64,000 nt of DNA from an uncultured Candidatus Saccharibacteria bacterium (GCA_964372755.1 CAYJQX010000004.1:10766-74765); one strand, 5' to 3'. Positions 16,647 to 25,968 are shown, counted from the stretch's first letter. Notes: generated by a model from the sequence alone, not told the origin. Translations and numbers: made by a program.

Positions 16647-17729
16647 TTGCTATCGCCACAAGACGAATATGCTATAATCCCGTTTGATATGGCCCACCTT
16701 GCATTATATAGAAAATATAGACCGCAAAGTTTCAAGGAAATTTTAGGTCAAGATCATATTGTCAGAGTTTTAGAAAATGCTGTGCGCCTTGGTCGTATTG
16801 CTCATGCGTATCTTTTCTCTGGTCCGAGGGGGACAGGAAAGACCACTCTGGCAAGAATATTAGCCAAAGAAGCGGGATGTTTGGATATGGATTTGATAGA
16901 AATAGATGGAGCTTCAAACAGAGGAGTGGATGAAATCCGTGCTTTGCGTGAAGGCGTTCGTTCATATCCTATTCAGAGCAAAGTGAAAGTTTATATCATT
17001 GACGAGGTTCATATGCTCACGAAAGAAGCTTTTAATGCGTTGCTTAAAACTTTAGAAGAACCGCCCAGCCATGTTATTTTTATAATGGCAACGACGGATT
17101 CGGAGAAAGTTCCGGAAACTATTCTTTCTCGTTGCCAAATTTTTAACCTCAAGAGAATCCCTTTGGCGCTTGTGAGCAATACTTTGGAAAAGATAGCGAA
17201 AAAAGAGGGAATTCTTCTTGAGCCGGAGGGGGCTCTGGTTCTGGCTCTTTTTTCTGAAGGATCCCTAAGGGACGCTCAGGGCTTGCTTGATCAGGTTATT
17301 TCTCTTGATAGTGTTTCTCGAGATAAAAAAATAACGGAAAAAGAGATCAGGTTGTTTCTCTCCGCTCCGGAGGCGGAAACTGTGGAAATATTTACTTTGG
17401 CGATTTTGGAAAAAAACAGAGAAAAGGCTCTTGCTGTTGTGGAAAGCCTTTCTGAAAATAATTTAGATATTGAAATGTTCGGAAAACTTTTCCTGAGGAT
17501 TCTAAGGGGGATTCTTTTAATTTCTTCTTCACCAAAATTAAGCGAGGAGGTTGCTAAGACGTTCGGAGAAAAAGAGATGAATTTTATTCTTGAAAGATCT
17601 AGGGAAATTTCTCCCGAGAACCTAAGGCCTGTTTTGAGTCTTTTTTTGGAGAGTTTTGAGAAAGCCAAATTTTCCGAGGATCCGAATCTTTATCTGGAAC
17701 TTTCCGTGATAGAAGCGACTGAAGTTTAA
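16647..17729 (+). CDS. dnaX: DNA polymerase III subunit gamma/tau (short, gamma-like)
   Basis: YRKYRPQSFKEILGQDHIV and AHAYLFSGPRGTGKTT (Walker A) are present. The Walker B region is IIDEVHML and the sensor region is SRCQ. The track start is a TTG; the true start may be ATG 16689 (MAHLALYRKYRPQ), directly downstream of a TATAAT at 16672. Confidence 0.85.
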   Translation: MLSPQDEYAIIPFDMAHLALYRKYRPQSFKEILGQDHIVRVLENAVRLGRIAHAYLFSGPRGTGKTTLARILAKEAGCLDMDLIEIDGASNRGVDEIRALREGVRSYPIQSKVKVYIIDEVHMLTKEAFNALLKTLEEPPSHVIFIMATTDSEKVPETILSRCQIFNLKRIPLALVSNTLEKIAKKEGILLEPEGALVLALFSEGSLRDAQGLLDQVISLDSVSRDKKITEKEIRLFLSAPEAETVEIFTLAILEKNREKALAVVESLSENNLDIEMFGKLFLRILRGILLISSSPKLSEEVAKTFGEKEMNFILERSREISPENLRPVLSLFLESFEKAKFSEDPNLYLELSVIEATEV

Positions 17730-17974
17730 TGTAAAAACTTGGTTAATTCGCCGGCCAAGGAATTTTGAACTTTCTTCTGAGCTTGTTTTACGGCTCCAAG
17801 GACGGATTTTTCTTGAGTTTTAATATCTAGCTCGGGATTTAGGGATATGGATTCTATTTCCAGTTGACCGTTCATCACTACTTTTACACCGTTTTCCTCT
17901 CCCTCGGTCTTTTGAAGCTTCATTTTGTTTTGTATTTCTCTTACGGCGTTTAATTGTTTAAGTTTGTCAAACAT
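17726..17974 (-). CDS. ybaB: Nucleoid-associated protein YbaB/EbfC family
   Basis: The 82-aa protein has the YbaB-like pattern (NKMKLQKTEGEENGVKVVMNGQLEIESISLNPEL...GAVKQAQKK). It is convergent with dnaX and overlaps its stop. Confidence 0.65.
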   Translation of the reverse strand: MFDKLKQLNAVREIQNKMKLQKTEGEENGVKVVMNGQLEIESISLNPELDIKTQEKSVLGAVKQAQKKVQNSLAGELTKFLH

Positions 17975-17987
17975 TTTATTTTTTTGT

Positions 17988-18791
17988 TTATTTTCTAATT
18001 TCTGCCACCACAGCCATATGATCGCTTACCCCGTCTTTAATCCCCACATTTTCCACGATATATTTCGAAGTGGAGAAAAGAACATCAACCACGTATTGTA
18101 AATCTCCGGCACGATGGAGGTTTTTATCTATAGTTGTGGTAATTTCTGGGGGAATATTGTCTTTATAATTTGAAGCTAAAAGGTTGAAGATCTCTCGTCC
18201 GCGCGGAGCGTTCATGTCTCCGCACAAAATAATTTCTGGATATTTCTTGAGACAGTGAAGTAATGTAGCAATATCTCTCCTTTGCCAATCATCTATGTGA
18301 CCCTCGTGGGTCCAAGTGAAATGAGTGTTGGCTACAGAGAATTTTTTGCCGTTTTTTTCTATCACGCAAACAAGGAGCATCCTGTTGTAGGAACCAGGAT
18401 CTTCTTTGTTGAAATCAGGGACAAATTTTTCTGTGCCGTTGTAATAATGCACCTCATCTGAAAAAGGATACTTGGAAATGGTGGCAATGCCAGAGACTAC
18501 TTTTTGGGTGTATCCTCCAAAACTAGGCAAAACTCTGGTCATTGGAACATATTTTCCTCGCATTTCCATTTCTGACAAAAACAAAGGGAAATCTTCCTCC
18601 AGGATTTCTTGCAAGCAAACCACGTCCGGACCCTCTCTTTTTAAAAATTTCAATACGCGATCTATGTGTCGGTGTTTTTCAATGTTTACGGAAATAAGTT
18701 TGAGTGGCGGGTTGGTTAACACAAGAATTTGATTATAACGAACATCTCTGTTTGTTTCATCGATTATAACGAATATCTCTGTTTTCCTCAA
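17988..18791 (-). CDS. Endonuclease/exonuclease/phosphatase (EEP, DNase I-like) family protein
   Basis: The EEP fold is indicated by VVCLQEI...GDMNA...SDH-type motifs across 267 aa. Confidence 0.75.
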   Translation of the reverse strand: MRKTEIFVIIDETNRDVRYNQILVLTNPPLKLISVNIEKHRHIDRVLKFLKREGPDVVCLQEILEEDFPLFLSEMEMRGKYVPMTRVLPSFGGYTQKVVSGIATISKYPFSDEVHYYNGTEKFVPDFNKEDPGSYNRMLLVCVIEKNGKKFSVANTHFTWTHEGHIDDWQRRDIATLLHCLKKYPEIILCGDMNAPRGREIFNLLASNYKDNIPPEITTTIDKNLHRAGDLQYVVDVLFSTSKYIVENVGIKDGVSDHMAVVAEIRK

Positions 18792-18811
18792 TCTCTTTCA
18801 GTGCTCATCTT

Positions 18812-18851
18812 CCAGTGAGTAATTCTGACATATGTCAGAATTACTCACTGG
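18812..18851. promoter_or_regulatory. Perfect 40-bp palindrome (20-bp arms, no spacer) about 20 bp upstream of the EEP gene start. It is a candidate operator.
   Basis: ccagtgagtaattctgacat is followed by its exact reverse complement atgtcagaattactcactgg. Confidence 0.4.
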
Positions 18852-18998
18852 GGGTTTGGAGAAATATTTTAATAAATGCCGATTCTTGGAATAATTTCTG
18901 GAATAATTTACCATCAGTCTTCTTATGTGGTAGTGTAAAAAAGAGCTCTGCCTCGGATATTTTGTCGGGTAAGTTATGATAGAGCCTTTTAAAGAAAT

Positions 18999-19034
18999 TG
19001 GGGGATCGCCTGCCTGCGCAGGCAGGTCCAATGG
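18999..19034 (+). other. Pseudo-tRNA-Gln 5' leader: a copy of tRNA-Gln nt 1-10 plus an 18-nt GC palindrome plus the D-loop continuation
   Basis: tgggggatcg is identical to the first 10 nt of the tRNA-Gln 23 nt downstream. The palindrome cctgcctgc/gcaggcagg follows. Then tccaatgg matches the tRNA's tctaatgg. Confidence 0.4.
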
Positions 19035-19056
19035 ATGAATTTTAGATGTTTTTTTT

Positions 19057-19127
19057 TGGGGGATCGTCTAATGGTAGGACAGAGGCCTTTGAAGCCTTTA
19101 ATCGGGGTCCGAATCCCTGTCCCCCAG
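19057..19127 (+). tRNA. tRNA-Gln (anticodon TTG)
   Basis: The acceptor is tggggga/tccccca. The D-arm is gtct-aatggta-ggac. The anticodon stem is gaggc/gcctt with loop ctTTGaa. The T-arm is cgggg-tccgaat-ccctg and the discriminator is g. Confidence 0.85.
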
Positions 19128-19200
19128 AATTGGTTGGAAGTTAAAAATTAGTCGCCTCATCGGCGACCCGTTGAAGGGGTGGAGATAGGCGACATTATTT

Positions 19201-19527
19201 ATGTATAAAGGCACAATCATTGAGAATAGTTTAATTAATGGGAATATTATCGATAAGCTGAAAATCGAGAAGACTTGGTTGTCTGGGAGTTGGGTACTTC
19301 ATAATGTTTTAGTTACAGAGGAGCAAATTCCTCAACTATCAGAGTATTTAGCCGACGGTCCCTGGTATATACATTTATGGGAAGAGGGAAAGGATGGCAT
19401 AAAAGTAATTTTTAAAAATAAAATATTTGATATTAAATCTTCAGATAAATCCACATGGGTTGAAGCTGTAGCTTACGGTAAATCAATTGATATACCAGAA
19501 GAGCAACTAGATTTTCCTATAAATTAA
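19201..19527 (+). CDS. Hypothetical protein (108 aa)
   Basis: An ORF with SD-like ggagat upstream. No recognisable family. Confidence 0.45.
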   Translation: MYKGTIIENSLINGNIIDKLKIEKTWLSGSWVLHNVLVTEEQIPQLSEYLADGPWYIHLWEEGKDGIKVIFKNKIFDIKSSDKSTWVEAVAYGKSIDIPEEQLDFPIN

Positions 19528-19537
19528 ACCACAAAAA

Positions 19538-20137
19538 ATGATTGAAGTTGAGAAAAAATTTATACTCACCGAAGAAAGCAAGACTTTTCTCATAGAGGGT
19601 GCTGAGTTTATTAATGAACGGGTTTTTACTGATATTTATTATGACAATGAAGATTTCTCTCTAACTACCAAAGATATTTGGTTGCGTGCTAGGGAGGGAA
19701 AATGGGAATTGAAGATACCGCTCCAAAATTTGGGGGATCGGGTAGCAGACCAATATGAGGAGATTCAAGATGAGAATGAGATAAGGAAAGTGCTTAAAAT
19801 ATCTGAATCGGGAGACTTTCCTTTAGTTTTGGAGAAAAGCGGGTACTTGCCTTTTTGCGTATGCAAGACAACACGCAGAAAATATAAAAAAGAATCTTTT
19901 ACCATTGATCTGGATACTGTTGAATTCAAGGATTTCAATTACAATATTGCGGAGATTGAATTGATGGTAAACGATAAGTCAGAGGTGGGGGAGGCAGTGA
20001 AGAGAATTTTAGATTTTGCTAAAAATAAAAATTTAACAAATGTGCCAGTTAGGGGTAAGGTTGTTGAATACCTCAAAAGAGTGAAGCCAAATCACTACCA
20101 AGCCCTAGTTGAGGCTCGAGTAGTAAATGATTTTTAA
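19538..20137 (+). CDS. CYTH-domain protein (triphosphate tunnel metalloenzyme family)
   Basis: The N-terminal EVEKKF is the EXEXK motif. Alternating acidic beta-strand residues follow over about 199 aa. Confidence 0.7.
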   Translation: MIEVEKKFILTEESKTFLIEGAEFINERVFTDIYYDNEDFSLTTKDIWLRAREGKWELKIPLQNLGDRVADQYEEIQDENEIRKVLKISESGDFPLVLEKSGYLPFCVCKTTRRKYKKESFTIDLDTVEFKDFNYNIAEIELMVNDKSEVGEAVKRILDFAKNKNLTNVPVRGKVVEYLKRVKPNHYQALVEARVVNDF

Positions 20138-20189
20138 TGATAAAATGACGGGATAAAGAAACCTATCTAAAAATCAGGAGCATTAAATC

Positions 20190-20732
20190 ATGAGATCCCT
20201 CATATTTATCACCGGAAATCAGAGGAAGGCGGATTATTTATCCAAATATCTTGGACATACTATTGAACATGTAAAGATTGATTTAGACGAGATTCAGTCT
20301 CTTGATCTTAAAGAGGTTGTAAGACACAAAACTTTACAAGCCTATGAAAAGGTCGGGCGCCCTGTGTTGGTTGAAGATGTGTCATTGGAATTTAAAGCCC
20401 TTGGAAGATTGCCGGGCACCTTAATTCGCTGGTTTATAGACGAAATGTCTTTTGAAAATGTCTGCTCTCTTCTTAATGGGAAAGATCGGAGCGCCACAGC
20501 ACGTTGTGTATTCGGATATTTTGACGGGAAAGAGGAAAAATATTTTGAAGGGAGTATGAATGGTAAAATCGCTGAAAAACCGGCGGGTAGTGGGGGTTAC
20601 GGTTGGGACCCAATTTTTATTCCTGAAGGTTATAATGTAACTCGCGCTGAATTAAGCGAAGAAGATGACCGTGTGACTTATCTTAAAATAAAACCTTTGA
20701 GCAAATTAAAAATTTTCTTTCAGAGTAAATAA
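20190..20732 (+). CDS. Non-canonical purine NTP pyrophosphatase (Ham1/RdgB/ITPase family)
   Basis: ITGNQRKADYLSKYL corresponds to the xTGNxxKxxE motif. VLVEDVSLEFKALGRLPGTLIRWF corresponds to the AxDSGLxVxALxGxPGxYSAR motif. Confidence 0.72.
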   Translation: MRSLIFITGNQRKADYLSKYLGHTIEHVKIDLDEIQSLDLKEVVRHKTLQAYEKVGRPVLVEDVSLEFKALGRLPGTLIRWFIDEMSFENVCSLLNGKDRSATARCVFGYFDGKEEKYFEGSMNGKIAEKPAGSGGYGWDPIFIPEGYNVTRAELSEEDDRVTYLKIKPLSKLKIFFQSK

Positions 20733-20733
20733 T

Positions 20734-21327
20734 ATGCCTCGCGTAATATTATTTGATATAGACGGTATTGTGATGGTTGGGAGAAAAAAACTTTTTAGCG
20801 AAGCTCTGGCCGAGCACCAAGGGATTCTTCCTGAAAGTGTCCAGGAATTTTTTGCTAACGATTTTAAAAAATGTTCATTTGGGAGAGGGGATTTGAAAGT
20901 TGAAATTACTCCATATCTGGAGAAATGGAAATGGAACGGAAGTGTAGAAGATTTGTTGGAATTTTGGTTTAAGATTGATGGAGAAAAAAGTGCGGAAATC
21001 CTTGAAATTATTGCTAGTCTTCGGGAAAATGGAGTGAAGTGCTATATAGCTATACGGCAAGAAAAATATCGTCTGGACTATTTACTAAACACGGTTGGAC
21101 TAAAAAATTACTTTGATGGAGTTTTTTGCACTTGCGGTATTGGCTTCGACAAAGACGATCCACAATTTTTTAGATATGTTTTTAAAGAACTGGACATGAA
21201 GCCGGAAGAAATTATGTTTTTCGACGATAGGCAAGCGAATATCGATAATGCCAAGTCTCTTGGCATCCAAGCGTATTTTTACGAAAATGTTGAGACTCTA
21301 AAAGAAAGAATTAAAGACTTAACATAA
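20734..21327 (+). CDS. HAD-superfamily hydrolase
   Basis: The N-terminus ILFDIDGIVM carries the DxD motif I. Motif IV FFDD lies near the C-terminus. Confidence 0.75.
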   Translation: MPRVILFDIDGIVMVGRKKLFSEALAEHQGILPESVQEFFANDFKKCSFGRGDLKVEITPYLEKWKWNGSVEDLLEFWFKIDGEKSAEILEIIASLRENGVKCYIAIRQEKYRLDYLLNTVGLKNYFDGVFCTCGIGFDKDDPQFFRYVFKELDMKPEEIMFFDDRQANIDNAKSLGIQAYFYENVETLKERIKDLT

Positions 21328-21355
21328 ACACATCATTAATAAATAATTAAAATCC

Positions 21356-21589
21356 ATGAAAAAATTTACTTGCAAGGAGATTATGAACGGCGAAGGGGGA
21401 TGCGATACGGTATTTGAAGGTGTAGAAATGATGGACGTAGCGAGCCAGTGCGGTAAACATATTGCTAGGACGACCGATGACTTGCATAAACCGATGCGGG
21501 ATATGATGACAACCAGTCACACAGAGGAAGAAAAGAAAAAATGGTTTGAGTGGTTTCAAGGAGAGTGGGAAAAGAAGAAAGAGGAATAA
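21356..21589 (+). CDS. DUF1059-like small metal-binding protein
   Basis: The MKKFTCKEIMNGEGGCDTVFEG pattern is typical of the DUF1059 family (MxxFxCxD...GCDF). Confidence 0.55.
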   Translation: MKKFTCKEIMNGEGGCDTVFEGVEMMDVASQCGKHIARTTDDLHKPMRDMMTTSHTEEEKKKWFEWFQGEWEKKKEE

Positions 21590-21614
21590 AAAATTTTATT
21601 ATAATTGATCGCCA

Positions 21615-21947
21615 ATGTCTGTTTCTAACGAGTTTCTTCAATATGTTGTTGACATGCTTTCCTCTATTGGAGACATAAAAACAAAGCGGATGTTTAGCGG
21701 GGTTCTCTTGGAAATAAGAGGCAAGCAACTGGGTATTTTGTTTCAGGAGAAGCTGTATTTTAAAATCGTTGATCCAGATATGCAGATCTGGTATTTGAGC
21801 CAAGGATCAGAACAATTTTCTTATTTGAGAAAAGACAAAAAAGAGCCGATTGTTATAAAGAACTGGTGGCTGATTCCCGAGAGGTTTTTGGATGAAAGAG
21901 AGGGTCTTTGCTCTCTTGCTGTAAAAGTCTTGGCTCAATACAAGTGA
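21615..21947 (+). CDS. TfoX/Sxy N-terminal domain protein
   Basis: RMFSGVLLEIRGKQLGILFQEKLYFKI matches the TfoX_N signature (RMFGGxGLY...LYLK). Confidence 0.6.
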   Translation: MSVSNEFLQYVVDMLSSIGDIKTKRMFSGVLLEIRGKQLGILFQEKLYFKIVDPDMQIWYLSQGSEQFSYLRKDKKEPIVIKNWWLIPERFLDEREGLCSLAVKVLAQYK

Positions 21948-22011
21948 TTTAAAACAGCTCTATTTTGATCTTTTTTCCTCAAATGAGGCCTCTTTACTAA
22001 ATTATCCATTT

Positions 22012-23550
22012 ATGCTATTATATAGATATATGGAAAAGGCCTATTTTATCCAAGAATTAAAAAAACGGTTGATAGAGATATCCAATCTTTCCTCTGTTTT
22101 GGCGCTTCTTTCTTGGGATCAAAATGTCAATATGCCTAAAAAAGCTGTTACCTCAAGAGCCTTTGCAATAGCTGAAATAAATAGTTTAATTCATTCGCGA
22201 TTCTTGGCCATTGATAAAGATAATCTTCTCTCTGATCTTAAAAAAGAAGTTGATGAAAAAAAAATAAAAGGAGGCGATTCTGTCATTATTTCTGAAACAT
22301 GGAAAAGTTTTACGAGAGCCAAAAAACTTCCGGAAAGTTTTGTAAGAGAACTTGCGGAAACCACTTCCAGAGCTCACGCGGTTTGGGTGGAAGCCAGAGA
22401 AAAAAATGACTTTAATCTTTTTTTGCCCGTGCTTTCAAAAATAGTAGAGCTGAAGAAAAAAGAAGCGACCTACGCGGGGTATACGGACTCGCCTTATGAT
22501 GCTTTATTGGATGCCTTTGAACCGGACATGATCTCCAGGCAAGTAGAAAATATTTTAAGGGAACTAAAAAATTTCCTGATTCCTTTCTTGAAGAAAATAA
22601 AGAATGCCAAGAAAAAACCTGATCCCGCTTTGATAAAAGGTTTTTTTCCAATAGAAAAACAGGCATCTTTCAACGAAATGGTAGTTAAAAAAATAGGTTT
22701 TGATTTGGAAGCTGGAAGAATCGATAAAACCGTCCACCCGTTTGCAACTACGCTTCATCCTCTTGATGTGCGGATTACAACAAGATACGCGGAAGACGAC
22801 GTCCTGTATTCTCTAGGTTCCATTATTCATGAGGCCGGACATGGTTTGTATGAGCAAAGCTTGCCGGTTGAATATTTTGGCACTCCCTTGGGAGAGAGTA
22901 TTTCTCTAGGTATCCACGAATCACAATCTCGCATGTGGGAAAACCTGATCGGAAAAAGCAAGAACTTTTGGAAATATTTTTATCCAAAACTACAAGAAAC
23001 ATTTCCAATTCCATTTAAAAAAATTTCTCTTGAAAATTTTTACCAAACAATAAATGCCGTTTTTCCTTCACCAATTCGCACTGAGGCGGATGAGGTGACA
23101 TATAATCTTCATATTATTTTGAGATTCGAGATTGAGAAGGATTTGATAGAAGGAAAAATAGAAACAAAAGATCTGCCAAGAATATGGAAGTCAAAAATGA
23201 AAGAATATCTTGGTATTGAGAATAAAGACAGCGCCTCCGGCGTCTTGCAAGATGTGCATTGGTCTGAGGGGCTTTTCGGATATTTCCCGACTTATACTTT
23301 AGGCAATCTTTATGCGTCACAATTTTACGCCACGATGAAAAAAGAAATCCCTGACATAAACAAAAAGATTTCATCTGGCGATTTCCAAGAGATAAAAGAA
23401 TGGCTCAAGAAAAATATCCACATTCATGGAAAATTCTATACAGCTTCCTCTTTGACTAAAAAAGTAACGGGTGAAGATTTAAACAGCAAATATTTCATTG
23501 ATTATTTAAAAGAAAAATATACAAATCTTTTCGGGCTTGAACCAAGATAA
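22012..23550 (+). CDS. Carboxypeptidase Taq (M32) family metallopeptidase
   Basis: HEAGHGLYEQ is the HExxH zinc site. IHESQSRMWEN and DVRITTRY are M32-specific motifs. The likely true start is the internal Met at 22030 (MEKAYF). Confidence 0.85.
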   Translation: MLLYRYMEKAYFIQELKKRLIEISNLSSVLALLSWDQNVNMPKKAVTSRAFAIAEINSLIHSRFLAIDKDNLLSDLKKEVDEKKIKGGDSVIISETWKSFTRAKKLPESFVRELAETTSRAHAVWVEAREKNDFNLFLPVLSKIVELKKKEATYAGYTDSPYDALLDAFEPDMISRQVENILRELKNFLIPFLKKIKNAKKKPDPALIKGFFPIEKQASFNEMVVKKIGFDLEAGRIDKTVHPFATTLHPLDVRITTRYAEDDVLYSLGSIIHEAGHGLYEQSLPVEYFGTPLGESISLGIHESQSRMWENLIGKSKNFWKYFYPKLQETFPIPFKKISLENFYQTINAVFPSPIRTEADEVTYNLHIILRFEIEKDLIEGKIETKDLPRIWKSKMKEYLGIENKDSASGVLQDVHWSEGLFGYFPTYTLGNLYASQFYATMKKEIPDINKKISSGDFQEIKEWLKKNIHIHGKFYTASSLTKKVTGEDLNSKYFIDYLKEKYTNLFGLEPR

Positions 23551-23564
23551 CATTTAAAGCTATT

Positions 23565-24089
23565 ATGTCCTCTGTGCCAAAATCAACCAAATCGCCCTAC
23601 ATAACGGTTAAAAAATCCTCTATTCATAATAAGGGAGTTTTCGCGCGCAAAGATATTCCAAAAGGAACCAGGATTATAGAATATGTGGGAGAGAAAGTGA
23701 CAAAGGCCGAAGGAAACAGAAGGCAGTGGGCCTCTATGGATAAGTCTCGGAAGAATTCAAGAAACGGCGCAGTTTATATTTTTGAATTGAATAAAAAAAC
23801 TGACATAGACGGAGGAGTGAGATGGAATACCGCTCGCTTGATAAACCATTCTTGCGATCCAAATTGCGAAACTAAAATTACCAGAGGCCGTATTTGGATA
23901 GTGGCTATAAAAGACATAAAAAAGGGAGAAGAGATCTCTTATAATTATAATTACGACCTTGATGATTTTATTGAGCATCCTTGCCGGTGTAGATCAAGAA
24001 ATTGCGTCGGATATATTCTCAATGAAGACGAGTGGTGCAAAATCCCGTTTTTTCTAAAAAGAAATAAGGTGGCAGGAATAAAGAAATAA
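23565..24089 (+). CDS. SET-domain protein (putative lysine methyltransferase) with a post-SET Cys cluster
   Basis: RLINHSCDPNCE and EEISYNY are SET motifs. The C-terminal CRCRSRNC forms the post-SET cluster. Confidence 0.85.
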   Translation: MSSVPKSTKSPYITVKKSSIHNKGVFARKDIPKGTRIIEYVGEKVTKAEGNRRQWASMDKSRKNSRNGAVYIFELNKKTDIDGGVRWNTARLINHSCDPNCETKITRGRIWIVAIKDIKKGEEISYNYNYDLDDFIEHPCRCRSRNCVGYILNEDEWCKIPFFLKRNKVAGIKK

Positions 24090-24091
24090 AG

Positions 24092-25342
24092 GTGAAAAAA
24101 GAACCTGAAATTTATGATGTGATAGTTGTAGGAGGCGGAGCTTCCGGCATGATGGCCTCAGGAAGAGCGGGGGAGAAGGGAAAAAATGTTTTATTGATTG
24201 AAAAAAACAGAAACCTCGGAGAGAAGCTGAAAATTACGGGAGGAGGCAGATGCAATATCACAAACGCTGAATTTATCCCACAAACTTTTTTGGCTAATTA
24301 CGGCAAAGCCAGAGACTTTCTCTATTCATCTTTTTCTCAATTTGGAGTGAAAGAAACTTTTGATTTTTTTGAATCTCGAGGCTTGCCTTTGGTTGTGGAG
24401 GCAAGAAATCGGGTTTTTCCGAAAACCCAAAAAGCTTTGGATGTTTTTAGAATTCTTGAAAAATACTTAAGAGAAAACAAGGTAAAAATTTTAACGGGAA
24501 AGCCGGTAACAGGGGTTATCGCAAAAAACAAGAAAATAATAGCTGTTAGAAGCGGAAAAGAAGAATTTCGCGCTCGGCGTTTTATTTTTGCAACGGGAGG
24601 GTTGGCTCACCCGGAAACTGGTTCAACCGGTGATGGTTTAAAATGGTTGCAGAAATTAGGCCACACGATCGTAAAGCCTACGCCCACCATTGTGCCTCTT
24701 GCGGTAAAAGAAAAATGGGTCAAAAATTTATCTGGTGTTTCTCTTTCCTTTATGAAAATCACCTTTTTTCTGGATGGGAAAAAACAATTTTCTAAAACGG
24801 GAAAAATTCTTTTCACTCATTTTGGTTTGTCTGGGCCTTTAATCCTGAATCTGGCCGGCAAGGTGGGGGATATGCTCCATAAAGGAATCGTAACAGCCAC
24901 AATAAATGTTTTTCCGGATACGGATCTAGGCGCAGAAGACAAAAAAATTAGCAATATTTTAAATTTAAACAAAAATAAAACTTTGAGAAATATCGCCAAG
25001 GAGATCGCTCCAAAAGGTATGAGCGGGGCCTTACTTTCTTTGCTAAACCAAAATCTTTCACCGGAGACAAAAGCGCATAGCATTACAAGGGAGAAAAGAA
25101 AGGAGATATCGCGCATTCTGTGCTCAATGCCTGTTACCATTACCGGACTTATGGGTTATGATAGAGCTGTTGTGGCAGATGGAGGAATACCTCTAGAAGA
25201 AATAGATACAAAGTCTATGCGTTCAAAAATTTTTGAAAATCTGTATTTGACGGGAGACCTGTTACACATAAATCGCCCTTCGGGAGGATATTCGCTTCAA
25301 CTTTGCTGGACAACTGGCTACGTGGCGGGCAATCAAAATTAA
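24092..25342 (+). CDS. FAD/NAD(P)-binding flavoprotein, HI0933/BaiN (aminoacetone oxidase-like) family
   Basis: YDVIVVGGGASGMMAS is a Rossmann GxGxxG. ITGGGRCNITN is the family signature. Confidence 0.85.
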   Translation: MKKEPEIYDVIVVGGGASGMMASGRAGEKGKNVLLIEKNRNLGEKLKITGGGRCNITNAEFIPQTFLANYGKARDFLYSSFSQFGVKETFDFFESRGLPLVVEARNRVFPKTQKALDVFRILEKYLRENKVKILTGKPVTGVIAKNKKIIAVRSGKEEFRARRFIFATGGLAHPETGSTGDGLKWLQKLGHTIVKPTPTIVPLAVKEKWVKNLSGVSLSFMKITFFLDGKKQFSKTGKILFTHFGLSGPLILNLAGKVGDMLHKGIVTATINVFPDTDLGAEDKKISNILNLNKNKTLRNIAKEIAPKGMSGALLSLLNQNLSPETKAHSITREKRKEISRILCSMPVTITGLMGYDRAVVADGGIPLEEIDTKSMRSKIFENLYLTGDLLHINRPSGGYSLQLCWTTGYVAGNQN

Positions 25343-25362
25343 ATTTTAAATCATTATAGACA

Positions 25363-25926
25363 ATGATCATTATTGGTATCACAGGAACAATCGGGGCGGG
25401 GAAAGGAACGATCGTGGAATATTTAAAAAATAATTATAATTTTACTCATTATTCGGCGAGGGATATTATAACAGAAGAAATTATAAGACGGGGTTTACCG
25501 GTAAACAGAGAGGTTATGGTGGAAGTAGCCAATGACATAAGATCAAAACACAACCCTGGATTTATTATTGAGGAACTTTATAACAGAGCGGTGCGAGATA
25601 GAAAAAACGCTATTATTGAATCCATAAGGACGCTTGGTGAAATAGAATTTTTAGCAAAAAAAGATAACTTCTTTCTTCTTTCGGTAGATGCAGAACCAGA
25701 GATAAGATATGCGAGGATAAAAATGAGACGAAGTTCCACAGATAATATTTCTTTTGAACAATTCTTAAAAGATAATGAAGAGGAATTTGAGTCAAGTGAT
25801 CCGAACAGGCAAAATATTTTAGCCTGTATGAAGTTGGCCAAATTTAAACTTACGAACGATGGAAGCAGAGAAGATTTAGAAAGGCACGTGGATGGAATAA
25901 TGAGCAAAATAAAATTAAATTTATAA
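25363..25926 (+). CDS. P-loop nucleotide kinase (dephospho-CoA kinase-like)
   Basis: IIGITGTIGAGKGTIVEY is a Walker A. It is followed by ARDII, similar to the CoaE D-x-D/I region. Substrate assignment is uncertain. Confidence 0.45.
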   Translation: MIIIGITGTIGAGKGTIVEYLKNNYNFTHYSARDIITEEIIRRGLPVNREVMVEVANDIRSKHNPGFIIEELYNRAVRDRKNAIIESIRTLGEIEFLAKKDNFFLLSVDAEPEIRYARIKMRRSSTDNISFEQFLKDNEEEFESSDPNRQNILACMKLAKFKLTNDGSREDLERHVDGIMSKIKLNL

Positions 25927-25968
25927 TTTTTTGTGTTATTATGGGGATAATATTAAAATAATAAAGAA

